DNA from: an uncultured archaeon
GTDB lineage: Archaea; Asgardarchaeota; Jordiarchaeia; Jordiarchaeales; Jordiarchaeaceae
Length of the DNA stretch: 32,000 bases
Assembly (NCBI GenBank): GCA_964510585.1
Contig: CAZECW010000038.1
Span: forward strand, 1-32,000
Reading direction: 5' to 3'
The notes under the pieces were generated by a model. The model was not told where the DNA came from, ran no database searches, and was given only the letters and a program-made list of their open reading frames with translations. Each line of letters begins with the position of its first letter. The stretch's first letter is position 1. A program made the translations under genes and the position numbers. Positions 25,330-32,000 of the stretch are shown here, piece after piece.

Positions 25330-28153
25330 CAACCTCCACCTCCAAAACTCTCTTCAGAGCCTGACCCGTATATGATGATGGCACCTTCATCACTTCTTCC
25401 GGCGTTCCCTCACAAACAATTTCGCCTCCACGATCCCCACCCTCAGGACCCAAATCAATGATGTAATCCGCCACCTTAATCACGTCCAAGTTATGCTCAA
25501 TTACAATCACCGTGTTACCCGCATCAACCAACCGATTCAAAACATCTAAAAGCTGCTGAATGTCTGCAAAGTGCAAACCTGTGGTGGGTTCATCGAGTAT
25601 GTATAGTGTTTTTCCTGTGCTTTGTCTGCTTAGTTCTTTGGAGAGTTTTACTCTTTGGGCTTCTCCTCCGCTTAGTGTGGTTGCGGGTTGTCCTAGTTGG
25701 ATGTAGCCGAGTCCTACGTCTTTTAGGGTTTGGAGTTTTTTCTTGATTTTTGGTATGTTTTCGAAGAATTCTAGTGCTTCGTCTACGGTCATTTCTAGTA
25801 CGTCGTGGATGTTTTTGCCTTTGTACTTTATTTCTAGGGTTTCTCTGTTGAATCTTTTTCCTTTGCAGTTTTCGCATTTGATGTACACGTCTGGGAGGAA
25901 CTGCATTTCTATTTTTATGGTTCCGTTTCCTTGGCAGGCTTCGCATCTTCCGCCTCTGACGTTGAAGCTGAATCTTCCGGGTCGGTAGCCTCTCATTCTG
26001 GCTTCGGGAACTTTGGAGAAAACTTCTCTTATTTCCGTGAAGACTGTGGTGTAGGTTGCGGGGTTGGAGCGTGGCGTTCTTCCTATGGGTGATTGGTCGA
26101 TCATGATTACTTTGTCTATGTTTTCCAACCCTTCTATTCCCTCATATTTTCCAGGCTTTTCTAATGAGTGGTAAAATTTCTGCGCTAGGGCTTTGTAGAG
26201 GGTTTCGTAAATTAGGCTGCTTTTGCCTGAGCCTGAGACGCCGGTTATGCAAATGAACATTCCTAGGGGAAATTTCACGTCAATGTTCTTTAGATTGTTT
26301 TGTTGGGCTCCTCTTAGAGTCAGGTATTTGCCGTTGCCTTTGCGTCGCCTTTGTGGTACTGGTATTTTGATTTCTCCAGAAAGGTATCGGCCGGTTAAGG
26401 AGTTTTTGTTGGCCATTATTTCTTCGGGGGTTCCAGCAGCTACAACCCAGCCTCCGTTTCTTCCAGCGCCGGGGCCCAAGTCTATGATGTAGTCTGCGGC
26501 TCTTATGGTGTCTTCGTCGTGTTCCACTACTATGATGGTGTTGCCTAAATCCCTTAGTTCTTTTAGGGTTTCAATTAGTCTTTTTTTGTCTCTGTAGTGG
26601 AGTCCAATTGAGGGTTCGTCTAGTATGTATATTACTCCGACGAGGCTGCTTCCTATTTGGGTTGCGAGTCTTATTCTTTGGGCTTCTCCTCCGCTGAGGG
26701 TTCCTGCGGCTCTGTCCATTGTGATGTATTCTAGTCCCACGTTTTTTAGGAATTTTAGTCTTGACTTTATTTCTTTGAGGATTTTTTCTGCTATTATTTG
26801 TTCTCTTTCTCCGAGTTGTAGTTGGTCGAAGAATTTTTGGGCTTGTTCAACGGACATTTTTGTGACTTGGGCTATGTTGAGGCCTCCCACGGTTACTGCT
26901 AGGCTTTGGGGCTTTAGTCTGTCTCCTTTGCAGTGGGGGCATGGGCTCATGTCCATGAATTTCTCCATTTCTTCTTGGATGTATTCGGATTTTGTTTCGC
27001 GGTATCTGCGTTCCAGATTGTTTATGACTCCCTCGAAGCTCCCTTCATATTCTAGGTATACTCCTCCATCCTCATTTTGGTAAATCATTCTGACTGGTTC
27101 GTGGGTTCCGTAGAGGATTATGTTGAGTTGCTCTTTTGTTAGGTTCTTTATTGGTGTGTAGATGCTGAAGCCGTACTGTTTTGCTACTGACTCCAGTTTT
27201 TTTAGGTACCAGCTTCCTGTGGGGTTGTGCCAGGGTGCTATTGCTCCTTCTGCTAGGGATAGTTCTTTGTTTGGGATTACTAGGTCGGGGTCGATTCTTC
27301 TGGTTGTTCCCAGTCCGCTGCAATAGGTGCATGCTCCTTGTGGGTTGTTGAATGAGAACATTTGGGGTGTGAGTTCTTCGAATCCCGTTCCACAATCCTC
27401 GCAGGCTAAGCGTCTGCTGTAGATGTTTTCCTTCTCCTCGTTTATTAGAATTTTTACAACGTCTCCGAATTTGAGGCAGGTTTCAACGGAGTCGCTTAGT
27501 GTTTTTTGGATGTTTGGCTCGATGACTAGTCTATCTACTACCAAGTCTATGTCGTGTTTCTTGTTTTTGTCGAGTATAATCTCTTCCTCAAGGTCTCTTA
27601 TTTCTCCGTCTATTCTGACTCTGGCGAAGCCTTCGTTTTTGAGGTTTTCTAGGACTTTGCGGTATTCTCCCTTTCTCCCCTTAACTATGGGTGCCAATAT
27701 TTGTATTCTGGTTCCTTCTGGGAGGCTCATTATTCGGTCTACTATTTGTTCTGTGGTGAGTTGTGTGATTTCTTTTCCGCATTTCCAGCAGTGTGGGGTT
27801 CCCACTCTGGCGTAGAGTAGCCTGAGGTAATCATAAATTTCGGTTATGGTTCCAACGGTGGATCTGGGGTTTCTGGTGGGTGGCTTCTGCTCTATGGATA
27901 TTGCGGGGGACAGTCCCTCTATGTATTCTACGCTGGGTTTCTCCATCATTTCTAGGAATTGGCGGGCGTAGGAGGATAGGGATTCAATGTATCTCCTTTG
28001 TCCCTCCGCGTATATTGTGTCGAATGCCAGTGAGGATTTTCCAGAACCGCTGAGTCCAGTTATTACCACTAGTTTGTCGCGGGGGATTTCCACGTCAATG
28101 TTTTTGAGGTTGTGCTCTGATGCTCCTTTAACAATTATTTTGTCTTTACCCAT
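25313..28153 (-). CDS. uvrA: Excinuclease ABC subunit A
   Basis: Two [18 protein letters not shown] Walker A motifs, two LSGGEAQR signatures and zinc-finger Cys clusters. Confidence 0.98.
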   Translation of the reverse strand: MGKDKIIVKGASEHNLKNIDVEIPRDKLVVITGLSGSGKSSLAFDTIYAEGQRRYIESLSSYARQFLEMMEKPSVEYIEGLSPAISIEQKPPTRNPRSTVGTITEIYDYLRLLYARVGTPHCWKCGKEITQLTTEQIVDRIMSLPEGTRIQILAPIVKGRKGEYRKVLENLKNEGFARVRIDGEIRDLEEEIILDKNKKHDIDLVVDRLVIEPNIQKTLSDSVETCLKFGDVVKILINEEKENIYSRRLACEDCGTGFEELTPQMFSFNNPQGACTYCSGLGTTRRIDPDLVIPNKELSLAEGAIAPWHNPTGSWYLKKLESVAKQYGFSIYTPIKNLTKEQLNIILYGTHEPVRMIYQNEDGGVYLEYEGSFEGVINNLERRYRETKSEYIQEEMEKFMDMSPCPHCKGDRLKPQSLAVTVGGLNIAQVTKMSVEQAQKFFDQLQLGEREQIIAEKILKEIKSRLKFLKNVGLEYITMDRAAGTLSGGEAQRIRLATQIGSSLVGVIYILDEPSIGLHYRDKKRLIETLKELRDLGNTIIVVEHDEDTIRAADYIIDLGPGAGRNGGWVVAAGTPEEIMANKNSLTGRYLSGEIKIPVPQRRRKGNGKYLTLRGAQQNNLKNIDVKFPLGMFICITGVSGSGKSSLIYETLYKALAQKFYHSLEKPGKYEGIEGLENIDKVIMIDQSPIGRTPRSNPATYTTVFTEIREVFSKVPEARMRGYRPGRFSFNVRGGRCEACQGNGTIKIEMQFLPDVYIKCENCKGKRFNRETLEIKYKGKNIHDVLEMTVDEALEFFENIPKIKKKLQTLKDVGLGYIQLGQPATTLSGGEAQRVKLSKELSRQSTGKTLYILDEPTTGLHFADIQQLLDVLNRLVDAGNTVIVIEHNLDVIKVADYIIDLGPEGGDRGGEIVCEGTPEEVMKVPSSYTGQALKRVLEVEVDGAAC

Positions 28154-28156
28154 GTT

Positions 28157-30112
28157 CTAATTTCCCTCTTGTACCGATTTGAGTTGGAATAGTTTGTCGC
28201 GGATGGCTGCGGCTCTTTCAAACTCTAGGGCGGCCGCTGCGGCTCTCATCTCCCTCTCTAAATCCTTTATCACTATGGGTAACTCTTCTCTAGGTATTTT
28301 TTCAACTTCTATTTCTTCGTGTCTTCTTCCCGTCATGTCTCTTATGGCTTTCACTATGGTTTGGGGAGTTATTCCATGTTCCTCATTATACTTCATTTGT
28401 TTGTTTCGTCTGCGGTTGGTTTCCTCTATGGCTCTCCTCATTGCTTCGGTAACAGTGTCGGCATACATTATTACGGTGCCGTTAACATTCCTTGCAGCTC
28501 TGCCAATGGTTTGAATTAATGCTTGCTCTGATCTGAGAAAACCCTCCTTGTCTGCGTCCAGTATGGCGACTAGGGAAACTTCGGGGAGGTCTAAGCCTTC
28601 CCTCAAAAGGTTTATGCCTATAAGGACGTCGAATTTTCCGAGGCGTAAATCCCTAACTATGTCCACTCGGTCAAGTGTTTCAATTTCGGAGTGCAGGTAC
28701 CTTACTTTGACGCCTAGATTCTCGTAATAATCAGTTAGGTCTTCAGCCATCCTCTTGGTTAAGGTGGTAACCAGAACCCTCTCATTTCGCTCCACCCGCT
28801 TCCTAATTTCGCCCAGAAGATCGTCTATTTGTCCCTCTACTGGTCGAACCTCTACTATGGGATCCATTAGGCCTGTGGGACGAATAATTTGCTCCACCAG
28901 CTGCTCATTTTTCTCCAACTCGTAGGGGCCCGGGGTTGCTGAAACGTATATGGCCTGGTTTACTAGCCTTTCAAACTCTTCAAATTTGAGGGGCCTATTG
29001 TCGAATGCTGAGGGTAGTCGGAAACCATACTCCACTAGTGCTTCTTTTCTGGATCTGTCTCCCTCATACATTCCCCTAATTTGGGGTATGGTTACATGGG
29101 ATTCATCAATGAACAGCAGGTAATCTTTGGGAAAATAGTCAATGAGTGTGAATGGTCTCTCGCCGGGCTTTCTGCCATCCAGATGCCTAGAGTAATTCTC
29201 TATACCGGGACAGTAGCCCATTTCCCGCAGCATTTCCAAGTCGAACCTAGTTCTCTGCTCTAGCCTCTGCGCTTCAAGAAGCTTATTCTTCGACCTTAAC
29301 TCTTTTAGCCTTTGTTCTAATTCCTCCTCGATGCTTTCTATGGCCTTCGATAGATTCACGCTGGGTATAACGTAGTGTTTGGCTGGTAGAATGTAAACCC
29401 TGCTTTTCTCCGCCTTAGTTTTACGTGTCAAAGTGTCAAGTTCCCTGATTCTCTCTATGCGGTTTCCGAAAAGCTCCACTCTTATTAGGGTTTCCTCATA
29501 GGAGGGGTAAATCTCAATAACGTCTCCTCGAACCCTGAATTTTCCCCTCTCCAAGTTCAAATCGTTACGCTCATATTGTATGTCCACTAGTTCTCTGAGG
29601 ATCTCCTCCCTACTCTTTGTTTGTCCAGTTTCCAAAAAGAAACCCATGCTTCTATAATAGTCGGGTGAACCCAAACTGTAAATGCAGGAAACACTTGCCA
29701 CCACTATTGTGTCCCTGCGTTCAACCAAAGCCCTAGTGGCTGCGTTGCGCATCCTGTCAATTTCCTCATTGATTGAGGTTTCCTTTGCTATGTAGAGGTC
29801 TAATTGTGGAACATAAGCCTCGGGCTGATAATAATCATAATAGCTTACAAAATACTCCACAGCGTTTTCTGGAAAGAATTCCTTAAATTCGCTATATAAC
29901 TGAGCCGCCAAAGTTTTATTATGCGAGATGACCAGGGTGGGTTTCTGTACCTGTTCTATGACGTTTGCCATAGTGAAGGTTTTTCCAGAGCCGGTAACTC
30001 CAAGTAGGGTTTGGTGGCGCAAATTATTCTCTACGCCTTCCACCAACTTGCTAATGGCTTCAGGCTGATCGCCTCGTGGAGTATAATCTGACACTAGCTT
30101 AAATTTGGACAT
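28157..30112 (-). CDS. uvrB: Excinuclease ABC subunit B
   Basis: [28 protein letters not shown] beta-hairpin, DESH and C-terminal UVR domain [11 protein letters not shown]. Start placed at ATG 30112. Confidence 0.98.
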   Translation of the reverse strand: MSKFKLVSDYTPRGDQPEAISKLVEGVENNLRHQTLLGVTGSGKTFTMANVIEQVQKPTLVISHNKTLAAQLYSEFKEFFPENAVEYFVSYYDYYQPEAYVPQLDLYIAKETSINEEIDRMRNAATRALVERRDTIVVASVSCIYSLGSPDYYRSMGFFLETGQTKSREEILRELVDIQYERNDLNLERGKFRVRGDVIEIYPSYEETLIRVELFGNRIERIRELDTLTRKTKAEKSRVYILPAKHYVIPSVNLSKAIESIEEELEQRLKELRSKNKLLEAQRLEQRTRFDLEMLREMGYCPGIENYSRHLDGRKPGERPFTLIDYFPKDYLLFIDESHVTIPQIRGMYEGDRSRKEALVEYGFRLPSAFDNRPLKFEEFERLVNQAIYVSATPGPYELEKNEQLVEQIIRPTGLMDPIVEVRPVEGQIDDLLGEIRKRVERNERVLVTTLTKRMAEDLTDYYENLGVKVRYLHSEIETLDRVDIVRDLRLGKFDVLIGINLLREGLDLPEVSLVAILDADKEGFLRSEQALIQTIGRAARNVNGTVIMYADTVTEAMRRAIEETNRRRNKQMKYNEEHGITPQTIVKAIRDMTGRRHEEIEVEKIPREELPIVIKDLEREMRAAAAALEFERAAAIRDKLFQLKSVQEGN

Positions 30113-30425
30113 CTTCCCAAAGGCTCCTTCCACAATCAATTCAAACAGTAAAATTTGAAACAAATAAATATTAGGATTTGAATCAAAAAATATTAATTGA
30201 AAAATCCAGAAATAAAAAACACCGGCAAATTGATGAATATTCCTTCCAAAAATTTGTATGATGTAAAATCATTCGAAGTCTAAAAAAGGAGACAGCTACA
30301 AGGCTCCTCGCGGTTTAAAGCTTAGAGAAAAGGACTCCCATAAACCTACATCACTCAAAAAACTGAGAAGGCGAAAATGGGAAAACCCCTTTAAATTATA
30401 CAAAAATTGTGAGGGAACAAATTTA

Positions 30426-30920
30426 ATGTTAGCGAAAAGGGATGTTAAGGGTTTAATAAAAGCCCTAAAAGGCAGCAAAGAGGCGGAAGTGCGGGCAAAT
30501 GCTGCGGAGGCGCTGGGGAAGCTGGGTGACAGAAAGGCGGTAAAAACACTCATTCAGGCTCTTCACGATGAGGATAGCTATGTTCGATTGAGAGCCGCAT
30601 TAGCTCTGGGAGCACTAAAAGAAAACACTGCAGTAGATCCACTTATTCAAGCTCTCCACGATTGTGACGCCTATGTTAGAGGCGGAGCTGCATGGGCTCT
30701 GGGAGAAATTAGAGACAGAAAAGCAGTGGAACCCCTAATTAAAAAACTGGAGGATGAAAATAGCCACGTCCGAATATTCACAGCAATGGCTCTAGGACTG
30801 GTTGGGGATCACAGAGCCGTGGAACCACTCAGGAAGGCTATGAAGGACAAAGATGACAACGTAAGGGAGGCGGCATACGAAGCCCTAAAATGGCTAGCAG
30901 ATAGAATTAATATAGAATGA
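30426..30920 (+). CDS. PBS-lyase-type HEAT repeat protein
   Basis: About five 31-aa repeats of the form xxVRxxAAxALGxxxDxxAVEPLIxALxDxD. Confidence 0.88.
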   Translation: MLAKRDVKGLIKALKGSKEAEVRANAAEALGKLGDRKAVKTLIQALHDEDSYVRLRAALALGALKENTAVDPLIQALHDCDAYVRGGAAWALGEIRDRKAVEPLIKKLEDENSHVRIFTAMALGLVGDHRAVEPLRKAMKDKDDNVREAAYEALKWLADRINIE

Positions 30921-31061
30921 TACAAAAACAATTAAATAGCGCCTACCCCTAACCAGAATTATCCCCCCTATGAATAAATTTTAACTCCAAAAATGGAATA
31001 AATAAAGCAAAAAGGGTTTTACAAATTAATTTCTACACATTAATAGGAGGAGAATGGCGAA

Positions 31062-31841
31062 TTGAGCTACGAATCACTAAAAGAAATAAAACTGGTGAAA
31101 ACTTCTTTTAAGAACCAGACCGCAATACTAACCCTAAACAAACCCCCAGTGAACGCCCTCTACATCGACCTTTATAACGACCTAGGCAACGCTCTGGATA
31201 TCCTTGAAGGTATGAGTGAGGTAAGAGCAGTTATACTAACCGGAAGTGATAAAATTTTCAGCGCCGGAATGGACCTTAAAGCCGTTGGGAAGGCTTCACC
31301 TGAGGAATTGTTGGAACTTATGGAAATAGGTTACAACTTTTTCCAGAGAATGGAGAGGTACCCCAAACCCACCATAGCCGCTGTAAAGGGCTTCGCTTTG
31401 GGCGGTGGCTTAGCATTAGCCATTGTATGTGATTTCAGAATAGCGGGAGAAAACGCCGTTTTTGGTTTGCCTGAAAGCCGATTGGGTTTTCCCCTACTCT
31501 GGGGCGTCACAAACCTGTTTCTGAGAACAGTGAGCAGGGGGCCAGGACTGGATCTTCTTCTAACTGGCAGAAACATAACCGCTAGGGAAGCACTCCAATA
31601 CAATCTGGTAAAAAGCGTAGTTGCAGATGAAAAGGTTCTAGAAGAAGCGTTAAACCTCGCAGACCAAGTAAACAAAAACCTGCCCCCCTTCGCAGCCAAA
31701 GCCATCAAATCAGTACTATACGAAGCATCAAGGGAAACCTCCCCCCGAAAGGTATTCGACATAGAAAATAGACACATATGGGAAATACTTAACCAAATAA
31801 ATCTTAAAGCATGGTTAAAGGAGTACCTAGAGAAGAAATAA
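31062..31841 (+). CDS. Crotonase-family protein with a single catalytic Glu (isomerase-like)
   Basis: TLNKPPVNAL, FSAGMDL, GGGLALA (first Glu position is Ala) and LPE. Confidence 0.88.
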   Translation: MSYESLKEIKLVKTSFKNQTAILTLNKPPVNALYIDLYNDLGNALDILEGMSEVRAVILTGSDKIFSAGMDLKAVGKASPEELLELMEIGYNFFQRMERYPKPTIAAVKGFALGGGLALAIVCDFRIAGENAVFGLPESRLGFPLLWGVTNLFLRTVSRGPGLDLLLTGRNITAREALQYNLVKSVVADEKVLEEALNLADQVNKNLPPFAAKAIKSVLYEASRETSPRKVFDIENRHIWEILNQINLKAWLKEYLEKK

Positions 31842-31859
31842 CACGTTTAGAAAAGGAGG

Positions 31860-31881
31860 GGGAGAGAATTTAATCTCTCCC
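31860..31881. terminator. Perfect 8-bp hairpin downstream of the crotonase gene
   Basis: GGGAGAGA-ATTTAA-TCTCTCCC; read on the minus strand it is followed by a C/T tract, so it may serve a converging gene outside the window. Confidence 0.45.
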
Positions 31882-32000
31882 GCATAGCCCCCTAGTCCTA
31901 CTTGTTCCAGATCTTCCACTATGCCCCAGCCATAAAACTATACAATTGTCAATATTCAGAAATTCTCCCCCCTATATAAATCTTTTCAAATAAATGCTGT

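Noticed and set aside
25590-25946. Arg/Lys/Thr-rich ORF resembling a nucleic-acid-binding protein (also 24832-25200 and 27072-27395)
   Set aside because: Same-strand alternative frame of uvrA/uvrC; the lack of stops and odd composition follow from the extreme third-position bias.
30426-30920. 93-nt periodicity as a CRISPR or DNA tandem repeat
   Set aside because: It is protein-level HEAT repetition with diverged codons. No CRISPR array or cas gene was seen anywhere in the window.

Overview
Archaeal-style window (SD-led genes with TTG/GTG starts, TATA-like T/A boxes, archaeal domain orders); a possible Asgard lineage is inferred only weakly. From left to right: (i) a decayed MNT-HEPN toxin-antitoxin pair. 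Its HEPN gene is split by a 280-bp ORF-less IS200/IS605-family element (785-1064) that obeys IS608-type end rules and appears to keep an omegaRNA-like scaffold. (ii) A ~21-kb acyl-CoA/lipid catabolism region (2102-22858). It holds a 3-hydroxyacyl-CoA dehydrogenase-hydratase fusion, two more crotonases, an IVD-type acyl-CoA dehydrogenase with an extra C-terminal winged-helix-like domain (frameshifted at a G-run), a FabK/NMO-family flavoprotein, a CrtI-like oxidoreductase, a DUF35-thiolase-thiolase-DUF35 operon resembling Ltp4/Ltp3, two tandem MFS paralogues, an ADP-forming acyl-CoA synthetase alpha subunit, a gamma-CA-like protein and an AMP-forming acyl-CoA ligase; pyrE and a URO-D-fold protein are interspersed. 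(iii) A small helical protein with a Vps28-C-terminal-like motif. (iv) A uvrB-uvrA-uvrC operon, a HEAT-repeat protein and a fourth crotonase. Overlaid on all this is a kb-scale sawtooth in strand composition: genes tend to start G/T-rich and end A/C-rich at third codon positions, with one very sharp switch inside uvrA. No rRNA, tRNA or CRISPR array was seen. All family assignments come from motif reading and recalled family knowledge; no database search was run.
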